NCBI RefSeq assembly: GCF_009914755.1
Contig: NC_060937.1
Direction: 5' to 3' (one strand)
DNA: 64,000 nucleotides
From: the human T2T-CHM13v2.0 reference genome, Homo sapiens
A program made the translations under genes and the position numbers. The notes under the pieces were generated by a model. It had not been told where the DNA came from, made no database searches, and was given only the letters and a program-made list of their open reading frames with translations. Below, in pieces: positions 1 through 15,716 of this stretch. Numbering within the stretch: position 1 is the stretch's first letter; each line of letters begins with the position of its first letter.

Positions 1-605
1 TTTTAAAGTCTTCAAAAGAAGAACAAGGAAAAATAGCAATACTTTTGGGGAAGGCCATTAACAATAAATAGCAAAGATGACAGAACTGTTCAACTCCCAT
101 TTTGTGAATCCACCCCTGCAAGCAAAATAATCCGCACATTGGGAAGGGTAGAATAAACAAAATACGCATGGAATTTCAGCCTGACGTGGTGATGGGGGGA
201 TTTACTCACCAACCCAGAGCTAGCATCAGACATTCACAGAACAAGCCAGTAAGACCCAATCCTGCAACCAACATAATATGACACTAGGTTAAATGCTTCC
301 ACTTTCCTTTCCCGAAAATCTGAGCTTGTGGCAACTTTATCGGGATTCAATCATTTGACCTTGAGAACTTAGTGCAACTATGGAAATGACCCATAATGAC
401 TACCGGAATTCCAAAGAGTTGGTGCCAGTTTTAGAATGACAACTTACTAGGTTTGTGACCTGGGGCAAAAGATACAGGATGAGACTGATTTTCACATATT
501 AGAAGTAAAGCGGATATAGAAGGTGAACTAGATTAGTTAAGCAATACGCCAAAGAATGGACTTAGTGCCAATGGTTAGGGTTTATGGCGGACCGATTTCA
601 GGGTC

Positions 606-1465
606 ATCCATTCTTTTTCCCATTCATTCAGTGAATATTTAGTAACTTCCACTGTGTGCAGCACCATTTTAAATTCTAGGTGAACAAGAAACTCACTCCA
701 AAGAAGGGAGACCTGGAAAAATAGGTCAGTATAAAGCAGATAAATGGGTAAATGCATTAAAACGCAGGTTAACAGAAACAACACAGAAGAAAAAACAATT
801 AACTTTGAAGGTAATTTTAGATTTTCTCCAAGGTTAAATAGAGGAAAAAATTGGTGGGGAGGGATAATAAAACACCTTAAAATGTGTTTCAGGCATGACA
901 ACACTATGATCAAAAATACTTCTGTGTGAAAAGTATGTGGCATGAAACAGAAAATGAGTATTTTTGTTTGGCTGTAGTTTAAAGGGAACATGGTGAAAAA
1001 GTGGAGAACGATGCTAACAATGTAGGCAGGGGTCATGCTAAGGAGTTTAATTCCTACAGGCAATGGAGACCAAATGGAATATTTTAAATGGGGAGTGACA
1101 GGGTCAAATTTGTAATTTAGAGCAATAATTCTTAGAGAAGTACAGAGTAAGCTCTACAGGAAGACAAGCCTGAGGAGGGTAAATCTATTTGGAGGTAATT
1201 ATGGGAGACCAGACAAGATGAGGCAGTGGCAGCGGAGATGAAGAGAGGGAACAGATTTAAGAGGTACTTCTGGAGACAGAAGAGATAGCAATTGGAATGT
1301 GGAAGTGAGAGGGAGTGAGTGACATGTGTGAGGGCCCAAGAAGGTAACATTCAAAAATGAATCCCAGGTTTCCACCTCAAAGGAATTGTTGGATAAAAAT
1401 AGGGATTTCCATGGCACAAGAACACTTAAAGGATTAGTTTAGTTCAGGAGGAAAATGTAAGTTTT
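606..1465 (-). mobile_element. LINE-2 (L2) 3' fragment
   Basis: Starts with the antisense L2 tail (cattcattcagtgaatattt) and continues with typical purine-rich L2 antisense text (aaggagtttaattcctacaggcaatggagacc; gatgaggcagtggcagcggagatgaagagaggg). Boundaries approximate. Confidence 0.75.
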
Positions 1466-1584
1466 CCACAGAGCAATCAAATGCTTCAATATTAAACTTA
1501 CAAACCATACAAAAATGTATCTGTCCCCTGGATGGCTATTTGCTTCCCTCAGTAGCCACAAAGCTATGTTGTATGCCTGGCACA

Positions 1585-1771
1585 CAGTGGCTCTCAACCT
1601 CTGATGGGCATTGGACTTGAATCAAATTGCCTGAGGAGACTTTTCCAAATGCATATGCTTGGTCTTCACCCCCAGGAGATTCTGATTTAGTGGATCTGAT
1701 GTGAGGTGCAGGCATTTTTTAAAACAGCTCCAAAGGAGATTCTGATATGCATCCAAATCTGACAGCCACTG
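1585..1771. mobile_element. MER5-type hAT-Charlie MITE
   Basis: Perfect 8-bp terminal inverted repeats cagtggct...agccactg, about 187 bp long, internal MER5 motifs (ccccaggagattctgatttagtgg; gattctgatatgcatcc). Confidence 0.8.
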
Positions 1772-1915
1772 TAGTATACAGTCGATCCATAGCTCTTTGA
1801 GTGATTAGTTAAAAGGAGGAAGGGAAGGAGAGGGCTTCTTGAAATTTTTGAAGAAGCAGCTGGTTGACTTTCTATGCTCAACAGTGTATTATTGTGTGAG
1901 AAATTTACTAAATGA

Positions 1916-2392
<477 letters not shown>

Positions 2393-2614
2393 TTCCTATC
2401 TTCTAATCTTAAGGGTCCACAAATGTGATGTTATAGTGTTCCTGGCTTCAACTTGCAGACAGAACACTGGCTGAGAGATTACTGGACTCACTCAAATTCA
2501 ATCTTTTCTTATATTTTTTTACATTATTGATGAACATCCCTTCTTATAGCAACTCGGTTCTTTAACATTTTTTGTGTGCTTTTACATATTTTTCATTTAC
2601 TTTTTTCTCAATGT

Positions 2615-2730
2615 CTATTCCTCCTACTAGACTGATGTTCCATGAAAGCAAGCATTCTGTTTCTTTTGTTCACTATCGTATATGTAAGCACTGACCTAGC
2701 AAAACACACACGTTCAGTCAATAAATGAGC
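2615..2730 (+). mobile_element. L2 3' end fragment
   Basis: ctagactgatgttccatgaaagcaag...ttttgttcact...caataaatg resembles the L2 terminus. Confidence 0.55.
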
Positions 2731-3799
2731 AACGAGCCAGATTTTTCTGGTGAAACATTTGAAGCCACAATGCATTATTTTCAATATGCCTATAGGTACA
2801 TCCATGAGTGTATTATAGATTCAGAAAATGGTTTCAGAAATAATCAAAAGCATACAGCTATAGGCAAAACATGTTTATATATATGTATATTTTTTACCTC
2901 GAGGAAACCTTTGACTCCCAAAATTTTTATGTTATGTAAGACAGCCCCTTACATCAGCAAATAAAATTAAAAATAGGGAATAAATATCTAAAAGGGTGAA
3001 TTAGGCACAGAGGTGTAGCCTGAGAAATAGAAGCTAAACCTCGTTCCTGTTCCTTATCTATTAATAGATCTCAGAAGCCTGAACCTTGAAGTCTGATAAA
3101 TCTAGAGCTTTCCTGTCATTTATATCTAATGATCAATTCTAACAGTTAGACAAAAAACCACTAAATGAATGAAAAGATGAATTATTGAGAAACTTAGAGG
3201 GTCTTTTAGCATGGCAATTAAAGAAGTAGAAACAAGTGGCTAACTTGAAGAGCCAGAAATGTTAAAAATCTCTGTATTAATAGTGATTACTGAAGTGTTT
3301 TTAGGTTCCAAGTTAAACATTTGCTGACACTGCTTACTACAATATGTAGGTAACTCACGACATTTTTAAAGACATTTTACTGCCCTGAGATTGAATGTGA
3401 GTTTTTTTAACAAAAAAATTATCAAAATCAGAATTCTACTTTACCTAAAATTTGCCAAGCAACTACTATCTGCTACTACTTTCGCATGTATCATCTCATG
3501 TAGTTTCCATAAAAACTGTACTTTACCAATCAGAAAACTAAAAATAAGAGCAACCTTAGATGAATGCCTAAAACTAGAATGCTATAAAAAGTGTTAATTA
3601 TAATACAAATCACTGAAGTATCATTTTATCCAGGTAAATTTATACATATGTATAAAAGTGTATTTTTAAAAATACTAAATATGAACCTCAATCATAAGAA
3701 TGATACAAGAATACTATGTTTTGATTAATGATAAATTTGGCTAACTGGAGAAAACATTGTTTCAACTGATGTTATCAAACAGGTTTTGAAAGCAGTAAT

Positions 3800-4000
3800 A
3801 AGACACATTGACATGATATGCTTGATACACTTGAGAAGGTTACACCACCTCTGTGGTATTCTTGCCAAAATTTTATAACCTCAATTTAATCATGAAAGAA
3901 CATCACACAAACCCAAATCAAGGATATTCTATAAGATAACCAGTACGCTTCAAAAATTTCACAGCCATGAAAGACAAAAAAAGACTGAAGATCTGTCCTA
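3800..4000 (+). mobile_element. L1MC-type 3' UTR fragment
   Basis: caccacctctgtggtattcttgccaaaa...aacctcaatttaatcatga...catgaaagacaaaaaaagactga matches the L1MC 3' region and resembles 61800-61960. Confidence 0.65.
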
Positions 4001-6369
4001 CTGATTTCTGATATTTCTAATGTAAGATCAGTAGTCATTACATACTATTGGTTGTATAAATATAGGCCTAAGAAATTGGAATGATTCCATGTTGCATCCA
4101 GCGTATTAACTAAGTGTTATGATGCAAAGTTGTTTGTATATTAGCTGCAATTTCCCCCATGACTTATAAGAAAAAAAATTCCTTATTAACTAATGACTCC
4201 AGTTAACTGATTGAAATGACATTCTACTAAGCTAAATATACATGTCATTTCTTACAAGGGCTGTATGTTTTTATAAATCAGTATCTCAGCTCGAATTGTT
4301 GGAATTATCATGGTTACTTCCATTGTTCAGACAGGAAAAAAGACAGGAGTAGTAAAACAAAGGGAGAGGGGCCATTTGCAGCAAGGAGAAAGGAAACACG
4401 ATTCTAAAACACATTCATTAACCCAGGGCTACTACTAGATGCTCTAGGCTAGAAATGACCAGGCTGCTTCTAAACAGATTTTAATTTTTAATTCAGTAGA
4501 ATAGGTCAGATACAGCTCTCCCACCTGGAGGTCCTGCCCTAGAACCTACCTGCCCCAAGGCGGCACTGCGGGTCTGCTGGTAATCATCATCTTTGGGCAA
4601 ATGCAATCTCCAGTCAGCTACACCCGCTCTGTATGTTGTGATCCCAAGAACCAGTAATAAAAGTTGGACAAGATCTCACAATGAAGTGGAGGTTTTCTCC
4701 TTCGATTTTTTTTTTTAGGAGCAAGAAAGAACACTTTTTTTTTTAAGCCATTAGGAATGTTTTTAAAGGTAGAGGTAGAAGGAGGGATGTTGGTGTTTGA
4801 AATAAAATTCTAATAAATAAAGATCAGTTTTACTACTTAATTAAAATTGGGTAGAGGCATATATGTGGGTCCAAATTTGATGCTCACCATACAAATGCCC
4901 AGACACGAGAGAGATCTCCTGGGAAATTAAAACGCCTACACGTAGGGAGAATTGAACAGACCAGGGCCCCAGAGCCTCCGCACATGGAGCTAAAACAAGC
5001 ATAGAGGAGCCGAGTCGGACTGATTCCCCAGCTCTTCACAGCCCCCAGATTAGCTGGGTATTAGTGCAGGCTGGTCTCAGCTGCCCAAGAAAATGAGAAC
5101 ACATTTTAAAACCTGCATTTGAATTTTAAAGGTACTCAACATTTCTAGTATTGTTTACTGAAAAAGGTCAACACTCAAGTGTTTTATTTATGCACGGCAG
5201 AACCTCAGTCTAAAAGCACTAGGCTTTCCATATGGCATAGCCTGAGAATGTGTTAAATATGTAGTTCCAGAGCCAAGAATATTATTTTTCAACTTAGCGA
5301 ATGCATTATTAAAAGACCTCTGCTGTGCCCACCACTGGGAGATAGGGCAAGAGGCAGCAGTGACCCTGCATTCTGAATGCACAGAGACACTGACAGTCAC
5401 TCACTCTAAATACCAATGACAATATCCCCAAACCCACACCACCCTAACCCATGCCTTGCTCTGAATTTGGGCAGTCTGGAAAAAATGAAAATGGAAAACT
5501 TTAAATAAAACTCATAAAACTTCAGTTCCAAGCACAATATTTTTGGTTCTTTGGACAATAAGTGTTTCACTGAGATTTATGCCTAGGGTCCTTTTCCATA
5601 TCCCGGCTCTGTGTCAGCGTTCACATCAGCCCTCAGTTCTTCTTGAAAATCAAGGGTATAATATACTGATTCCTTCAAATAATATTTGTGTTAAAATCAT
5701 TAAATGCCCATGCAAGTAATTTTTTATTAATGGGATGAGAAATAATACATAATACATACCAATTTTATGACAGCGAGAGGAGTTATTAACTTTAGAATAT
5801 CTGTTGTATAAATTAAAAATCTTAAGAATAAGTCCAGTGTTTTAAATATACTATGGAAAAACAAAATTAATGCCAGGAGAATTTTGACTGGAATATAGAA
5901 GTGCCTTTATCATTCTGGGAAAAATACTACCCTATAAAAGCCACATCCTCTGATAAGTTCAGAAATTATCCTTTTTATATAAATATTATTCACTTGGAAA
6001 AATGTTTTCTATAAACAGCTCCCTTAGTGCATTTTAACACATACTTTTATTTACAGACATTAGATTTACACATGTTTCCAGTATAAATCTTTCGTATATA
6101 GCAAAGAGAATCTGTGACCAAAAATTCTGTTCAATTCGGATGTGGGGAGCAAATAAATGACCAATGTTCCCATATACATAGTAATATATGGCTAATTTTA
6201 TATAACATGTTCACATTAAAAATAAGAACATAAAAATTTTTAAATCTTCAGGAACTGTCTTCAGGAAATTTCAGAAGACTATGACTTTTAAATTACGCTT
6301 TTACTTGATCCACCTTCCAAAAGCTCAGAATCCTTATATTAAAAGAGCTGGCACTGACATAATTTGATT

Positions 6370-6730
6370 TAATCCTGTAAATATGCATGGAAGTCCCGAT
6401 GTACATCATCTACTATGCTCTGCCTGCGTGATGCAAGGTGAATCAGGCACCATCCGCTGTCCCTCTTGTTAAGGAGTCCACAACTGTGCTGGCAGGACAG
6501 ACACGTATATAACTGATTATAATGTACTTGAGATAACTGGTATATCCCGGTGGTGGGAATAAGAGGCTTTGGCAGCACACGGAGTAAAGAGCGAGGATCC
6601 TGGAAGGCAACCTGCATGTAGGGAGAGTGGAAGCTCACCCGAGGAGGTGACATTTGAGCTGGTTGTAAAGGAAGAATAGGATCAGACCAGGCGAAGGAGA
6701 GGCATTCCAAGTGAAGAAAAAACAATTATC
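6370..6730 (-). mobile_element. L2 fragment
   Basis: gaggaggtgacatttgagctgg...gaggcattccaagtgaagaaaaaaca is a typical L2 antisense motif; explains ORF 6369-6725. Confidence 0.6.
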
Positions 6731-7730
6731 CACACATGCCAAGCTTTTCAGATTTGACTTTTAGAAGCGTTTTACTTCAAAAAGGTTTAAGTGTGCAATG
6801 TCTAACAAGAAGCAAAAATTACAATCTAGATTGTTTCTTTATGACTAGCCTGCTCTTCTCCCACGGATCCTAGCTGTTTAGGAAGTACAGGTAGTAAGAA
6901 GAGGATGTGAAGTACTTTGGTAGCCACAGAGAAAGTGAGAACGCTGCAGTAACTGAACTAAAGATTAGAATTAGCACTGTAGGCCTGTGAGTGGGGTCGG
7001 GGGAGCTACCAGTGAATTGAGGAAAAGCAAAAGTGTTTTAAGCAGACTGCAATAGCACCCCTTTTCAGTCTGCTTAAAACATAAGCCTTAACCTTCTTAA
7101 GAAAGAGTCTGCTAAAACACAGTCTGCCAGGCCTATCAACTACAGGGTCTGCGAGGAATTTGCTCTGAGCTGGGACCTGTTAGTCATCAGCAAGGAGAGC
7201 AAGGAGAGCGGATCATTTTCTTTCAATAATTTAATCACACTGGTGTGAGTGGAGGTGAAGGCTGAGCTGCAGGCTTCATATTCTACTTCTTTCACAGACG
7301 GCAAAGGAAGAGTAGAAAAGCAAGGTCCCCTGGGTGGACCTGGAGAGAGAAAAAAGTTCTGGGACATCCCTTGTCTTCAGCTGGGTTCTAGGAAAAGGCC
7401 AGGGGTGACAATAGCTCAAATGAAGATGGCCGGTAAATGGCTGAGAAGACCAAGAAGACAGACTGTGACCCGTTTCACAGTGCCTAACTAAACCAGAATT
7501 TCAAATTCTTAAGTTAGCTAGAAACATATTTCATTTATTCACATTTTAAAAAAATCAAGTTAATTCATTCATATTGGCATTTAAAAAACGTGTATAAGAG
7601 AGGTACAAAAACTGAATTGTGTTCATTGTTCACCTTTCTTTGAGTTCTACATACAGAGTCAAGTTGTAGGAGGGATGTATTCAGGAGGACAAGCCTTGGG
7701 GATTTCACTCTTTTATTATTCTCTGTATAA

Positions 7731-8316
<586 letters not shown>

Positions 8317-10069
8317 CACTTTCTGGGTCTTATACATTTCTTTTTTTTAAAAAAGCCACTGCAATAACAACAATGTCCCATCTAGTGTTAAAACAGGGAA
8401 CATGGTCCAGGACTGCAGAATGAGGAATGGCGCTCAGGTCTTTCCTGGCTTGGGGGTTCTGAATGGCGATTGAAGGGCATGGATCCTGCTCAGGTGGTTT
8501 TTGTTGGATCTCAATGACCCAACTTTTTCAAAGAGGGCATTTTTTAAAAGACTGTGTTTTACAACTTTTATGTGTGATGTACAACACCAGCATAATAGGA
8601 CCATTACCAAGGGCACATGGAACAATCTTTCCTATTATTTTTACTGGCAGCTATCACCAAAAGCAAAAGAGCCTCCTGGGATGCAGGTCATCAGGCAGCC
8701 CCTTCCTGGGAGATAAGAAGAGATTCTGGGTGTGACGCAAGCAATTCAGCTAAGCTCTGGCTCCTCACTGAAATCTTCACAGACATAAACCTGGGAGTTC
8801 TGCAGGGTTTAATCAGTTCAGCCTTCCCTTTTCATTGCTTTCTTTCTGAAAGCTCCCACGAGGAAAACATCTCCAATCTGGGTAATAGCTAACCACACAC
8901 TCAGAACTTTCCAGGTTCCACAGTAGTCTGTCTCCCTTCTTCCTAAATGCCAACCCACAAGAAAAGAAATCAAGGGAGGGAACAAATGTAAATACTGAGA
9001 CAATGCAGGTATCTTTGAAACAAATGATCATCTTCCTTCTTGTGGGTTTGTCCTGTGCCTTGTTTTTTTTTTTTCATTAAGTGCCAAGACAATTTAATTT
9101 GTAAACTGCCATATAAAAATGGCCTCATTTTGGAATCTGCCTCCCTTTTGGAACCCAGGTCAGTTCCGTGGAATATTTGTGGAGTGACTACAGCATGCCA
9201 GACACTGTCTTAATGATGTCTGGGCTGAGAGAACAAAATGAGCCTGGACTCAGAAATTCTCCATCTCACTGCCTATTGCTCAGAGCTTTGTGGCCCAGAT
9301 TACCAGAATTTTCAGTGGCAAGGATTTCCTTTTTTTTTTTCTTCTTAAACCTGAGTTTCTTGATGGTTGAATACATCCCAGTGGCTCCTTATCTTCTAGA
9401 ATGCTCAAATGCCTACTGGGCTGATGGCTCTAACTCACCCGCTTGTTAACCTGCGTTGATCTCTCCTAACTGGCTACCTCTCTATGCCCTCCATGGCTAT
9501 TCTGCCTTCTGGGCTTACCTTCTAGTCAAATACTTGGAATTCTCCTGTTTATAAGCCCCATCTAACTTCTGCCCAACCTTCAGCCTTGGCTTGCCAGTTT
9601 AATCTGTCTCTACTGTGATCCACATCCCCAAATCAGCTTGGTTCTCATGTGCCCCAAATTGTCCTTAACTCCCTCATCCAACAATCCCATATTCCTATTC
9701 CACAGTCTCCATGCCCATCCTGGGGGCACAGTACTCTTTGACTAAAGTTTAGAATGATAGTCTCTGGTCAGTCCTGTCCTACCAGTCAAACCCTAATCTC
9801 AATCCAGGTCTGGAAGCTGCGATAATCTTGAGTACAATACGAACTGGTAATCAGCAAGTGGGGTAGCTCAAACAGAATACTGGCAAATGAAATTTGCCTT
9901 AGAGGGCCATGAGAACATAGTGGCCTCTGATTAATACCAAAGAAAGAAAACATCTAGAATATTTCTTGAACACCTAGAGTAATGCCTGGTACAAAATAGG
10001 AGCTCAAAAAATTGGCAAATTATAGAAAGATGTCTTTTAAATAACACATTGCAAATGTTGAGGATATGA

Positions 10070-10180
10070 CTGTCTATTGTAAGATTCTTCTGGATAAACT
10101 GTCTGATTCGTGTGTATATCCCAAGGGCCCAGCACAGTGCCTGACATATAGTAGGCTTGATAAATATTTGCTGAACTGAA
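10070..10180 (+). mobile_element. L2 3' end
   Basis: cccagcacagtgcctgacatatagtaggcttgataaatatttgctgaactgaa is the L2 terminal motif. Confidence 0.75.
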
Positions 10181-13100
10181 ATGACTTTGTTGAGAAAAGT
10201 ATGTCGATGTCACTTGGTGGAGGATATCTACTTTTCCAGCAGTGTGGATGAGCAGGACATCTTAGGATGTCTAAACTAAAGGATCAGCTTGGTTGGGCCC
10301 CTAAATTTACATGCCAAGGTGTTCTTAAGGCACTAGAGTATGGAAGTCTATCAGATGGACAGGGACCACAATAGGAGAGGGGTAGGAACCCTGCAAGATA
10401 GTCTGTGCCCTGACTTACATTCCCTGTCTACTGGAATTCTCTGGACCTTTGGGTTTTATCTAGAATGCAGGAGATCTTTTTGACACCTTTTTCACTCATT
10501 CATATGCAAAAGCAGAAATCTGGGTCTGGCCAAGCATCTCTGATGCATACATGAAATGTACATGAGCATAAAACAGCCAGCTATAGCCCTTCTAATGGAG
10601 ACCTTCATAGCTGCCATAACAGCTGATGGATTGGTGTAAGGCTAGTAGTTTTGAAGTTATATTTTGTATTTATTGTTGAAGCTATCAGAAATGTAGAGAA
10701 CACTGAGGTCAATCAAGAGTATATGATTTTCCAAGTATATTAAAATGTGTTTGTGTTCCTTTCATACAAAACATAAAGCATCCATCTTTAAAATGTTCAC
10801 AGCAATCAATGCCTTTAATTGAGCAGAAAAGCATATACAGATATAGAAATGTTTAGTCCTAGCCGTGGTTCCTGACAATCATCTTCAGAGATAAATTTCC
10901 ACAATGGATGTTTCAATTAAGACAGTAATATTTATTGAAAGGTAAACCATAAATGTATAGCCACTGGAAACATTATTGAACAGAAGTAATTTATGCTGCA
11001 GCTGGTGCACTGCATTTTTGCACTGCTTTGATTTTATCAGCATTTGTCAATTAATCAACATGAACCTTGTAAAACATGTTCTCTTATTAGTTGGAACAGG
11101 CAATTGCTTGCAAACTTTGCAGGAGAGGTCATTTAATAATTTGCTAATTGTGCAAAGACAGATTTAAAATAAAAATAAAAAAGGTTAACTCTCATTACCA
11201 TTGTACCTAAATAGGACTTTGTTTAAGCTTAGGCTTGCCAATTTAAATATTGTCAATGGTTTAATTTTTTAAAAAACTTCAAACGGCAAATAAAGATTAA
11301 GATGAAGATCAACTTAGCTCTAGGTTTTTAAAATTTAAGAGCATTTTTTGTTTGCATCTTTGCCATTTCAAAGAGTTACTAGCCTTGAGGCTATAGTTAT
11401 AAGACAAATTGACTATATTTTATTGGGAGAAAAGTGAAGAGAAAAAAGAAAAAGCAAAAGAAACAGGAAATGCAGCAGCACAAAGAGCAATCCAGTAGTA
11501 CAGTTCTTTTTTTTCTCCCCCTTTTTTGCCTCAACTCATTCTTCATTGATCTAGATGAGATGTCACCTCCCTACTTTTGACTGCTGGTTCATTTTCAGTT
11601 CAGTAAGTGAGAAAGAAGCTGAGTCAAGCCCTCTCTTTGGGTAATTCATGCATCAGCACACTCGCCAACTCTCCTGGCAACCAAGAAAGCACTTTAACTC
11701 AGAGCGGCATCGCCACCAACAAGCATTCTGCAGCCATCTAAAAGGACGCAACTGAGTTTAAAACGGGTAACATACCTTGGAGAGCAATTTCTACACTGGG
11801 GTCTGCAGGGCTGAATCGAGAAATCCGCACCATCTTAGAAGTGTAAGTGAAACTTAAAATGAAATGGCATGCCTTAAGGCATTTATAAGAGTAAGAATTT
11901 TGCACAGAGTTCACAGAGACAATGTTTGTTGAATGAAGATGGGCCTTGCCAGATACAGTCTAGGCAAAGTGCTTTGCTGCAGAGCTCCTTTTATAAGAGT
12001 TTAGAGGCCCAAGTTGCTCTCTGCCTGTTCAAACTGGCTTATCAATCCATTCCATTCCATTCTGTTCTCAGTTCTAAATAAGTCATTATTTCACGCACAT
12101 TTCCCTAAGCAGACGCAAACACTGTTTTCCAGTGTGAGACTCCCTTGGGCAAATTAGGTTTCTTGGAAAAGGGTCAAGGAGCGATCAAACAAAATACCTC
12201 CTAGAAACAAGTGGTTTCAGGGGACATTGTGATTTATGCAGGCTACAAGTCAAATTTTAGACACTGGTTGGGCAGTAATGTTGAATCTGATAGGGCTAGT
12301 TATGGGGAGCAAAATCCTGCTACCTGCAGTTTCTTTTTAAGGTAATAATAAATGGGCGTATTTCTTATGGAAACAAAACTGATGATCATAAAACAATCAA
12401 TAGAAAGTTTCCTTTTCTAATATTTTGAATTAAAAGGTGTTAAACAAATTTTAATTTCTTAATAAAATTGTAGTAAAGTAACTTTCATAAGGCAAAAGTT
12501 CATATCTTCTATTCTCACAGTCTTACCTAACAAACATGAAATACTTCTAAAATAGATACTTCTTATTGTTTTTTTTTTTGTTTGTTTGAGTCACAGGGAG
12601 AAAAGTCCCTTTTATGTTCTTTTAATACTTGCTTTTATTAACCTCAGCTTCAGTTAGCTCACTTCCATATATCAAGATTCTTTCTACAACCGAAGAGACA
12701 AGAGGTAAATGCAAATGTGGGAAGGGAAGCTGCTTGGTAACACACTAGCTGCTCCCTGGCAGCAGTTATTTCTATCTAAAGCATATATACCATATTAAGA
12801 GGCCATAGTGAAAAATGAAAGGATGGAACGGCAGGTTTTCATTTGTTTTTAACATTTTAGAATGCTGTAAATAAGTTTGTGTGTTTCAATTCAAATGGTT
12901 CCATTACCTCGGAGGTCTTAATCATTTGTAATAGCAATTTCAGAAGCGTCCAAAGCTTGTGCTTAAGGAGTATTATTGGCATTCAATATAGTCATATGAT
13001 ATTAAGCAGATTTACAACCTTCTATGTGGTTATCCCTGATCATCTTTATTTAAAAGTAAGTTCTGGCTGATGAGGTGGCTTAGTATCCTCATGGATTTTG

Positions 13101-13255
13101 GCTTGTTAGCCGTCCCCTGCCAGAAAATCTGGCTCTGCTGGACACCCTCACACCTCTCCAAATAAACCTTAAATTTGCAAGGTGAAGTGGGGGGCAGCAG
13201 ATGGCAGGAAGAGTTCAACTAAGAAAGAAGTTTACAAAGGCAGCTTTTTAAGAAA

Positions 13256-13811
13256 ATGTACCTGGGGTTTTGGTTTTATTCAAGTACGACGAGGCCAACA
13301 GATCAGGAGGTGACTGTCATTGAGAGGATAGTTTGTCACAGTTCCAAGAAGAGCAGGCATGCCAGACCACACTGGGCTACCTGGGGAGGCACCAGGGTCA
13401 GTAGGAGGCAGAGGAAATACGGGGAAAATGTGGGGAAGGGCCTTTATTATGGTTTCCATGGCAAGAACAGGCAAGACAGAGTAAGCAGCTTTAGGATAGC
13501 TAATTTAAATAATTTCAGCAGGCTCTGTGGTATAGGGGCGGTTCCTAGTTATGCAGTACCTGGCCCTGGAGTGATTCAGGGCAGGTAAATAGTGTTCTGG
13601 ATTGCAGGAGCCTGATAAAAGGAAGCAGGTAGTGGCGTGGACTCAGGATTGGTTGGTTTGAATATCAAAGGCGAGCTCATGGGCAAGATGTTTGCTATCT
13701 CTAGGTATCAGCTGACCCAGGAAGGTTTAGCATCCCAAGTCCACAAGGCCCCAAGATGTCAAAGCATTGTAAAATACAGAAAATTTTTAAAAACAACAAC
13801 ATAATTAATAG
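13256..13811 (-). mobile_element. MER74-like ERVL solo LTR
   Basis: Reverse complement starts t(c)tattaattatgtt...ttttctgtattttacaatgctttgacatcttggggccttg, as I recall the MER74 5' end; about 555 bp. Confidence 0.75.
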
Positions 13812-13848
13812 AAGCCTGTCTGAAACACTGCTATAAGAAACATGAAAA

Positions 13849-13991
13849 CAGAGCTTCTGAAACTTCACTGTCCACAGGGATCACCCGGGTATTTTGTTAA
13901 ACTGCAGATTTTGATTCATTAAATCAGGTAAACGTTGAGACCTTGCATTTCTCATAAACTTCTTGGTGATGTTGGGACCACATTTTGAGTA
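13849..13991. mobile_element. MER5A MITE
   Basis: gatcacccgggtattttgttaaactgcagattttgattca...tgcatttctcataaactt...gaccacattttgagtag. Confidence 0.7.
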
Positions 13992-14058
13992 GTTAGAAGT
14001 AAAAATATCATGAAGGGTCTTCTCTCTGGCTCATCTTCGGTCAGGAAAGGGGAAGGAC

Positions 14059-14280
14059 CTTACATACCGAGTCTTACCTTGGACCAGACGCTGCAAGGCA
14101 CTGAATATATATACTTGGTCTTATTTTGCTTTAAGAGCAAACTTTGCTAGTGGGAAAATTATCCCAATTTTATAGGTAAGGGAACTCAGGCTGGTTAAGT
14201 AACCTGCTCTAGGTCATTTAGTTAAAAGGTAGTAGATATAAATGTATCTGGCCTAAAAATCCATTTTTCTCCCACCACAA
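14059..14280 (-). mobile_element. MIR
   Basis: Antisense MIR core attatcccaattttataggtaagggaactcaggct-ggttaagtaacctgctctaggtca. Confidence 0.7.
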
Positions 14281-14682
14281 TGTAAGTACACAGGGCACTC
14301 CTCTGATGGAAAATGAAAAGTCTGTTGGTAAAGGCTTCATAAAATATAAAGCCCATGAACTTCAATAGTGGCCCATTTACAACTTGACTTATGGAAAGAA
14401 GAGAAATCAGAATGGTACTTATTGTCTCACAATTAGAAATAAATGGTGTTTATTAATAAGTGATTATTTTATCATAGCCTTCACAAAACACTTTAAATGG
14501 GAGTCCCTATAAAACTAGTGTTTTTATTAAAAAAGATACGTACATGTACATGGTAAGATATATACAATAAAAAGTTAGTCTTGCTCCTAGTCTCCTACTT
14601 CTACTGCTCACAGGTAACTACTGTGAAGTTTGTATAGCCTTGCAGTACTGTTTCTATGCAAATAATAAACCTTTCTCATATA

Positions 14683-14935
14683 AATTCATTCATTTGGTTA
14701 TTCTAGGTACTTGGGGAAAAGCAGTAAATAAAACAGACAAAATCCCTTATGTAGGTTATATTCCAGTATGAAGATAGATCACAAATAAACAAATAAGTTA
14801 TAGATTATATCAGATGGGGATAAATGCTAACAGAGAAAAAGGGGAGAGCAGACAAAACGTTTTCAAGTACGAATTCAGTGGTTAAGGAAGGCCTCATTGG
14901 AAAGGTGACAGTTGAGTAGAGACCTGAAGGAGGTA
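14683..14935 (-). mobile_element. L2a fragment
   Basis: attcattcatt...aaaacagacaaaatccct...aggaaggcctcattggaaaggtgacagttgagtagagacctgaagga. Confidence 0.7.
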
Positions 14936-15020
14936 ATCTTATTCCACACTTACTTTTTCCTTTAACAGTACGTATTAAATGCTTCACCACAGCAGGGCTT
15001 ACAGATCTACCTCTTTCTTT

Positions 15021-15716
<696 letters not shown>

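Noticed and set aside
40-260. Possible L3/CR1 fragment
   Set aside because: Only a short motif resemblance (cagaactgttcaactcccattttg); too weak to call.
575-1063. 162-aa ORF, joint longest in the track
   Set aside because: Lies in a decayed L2; no recognisable domain or splice context.
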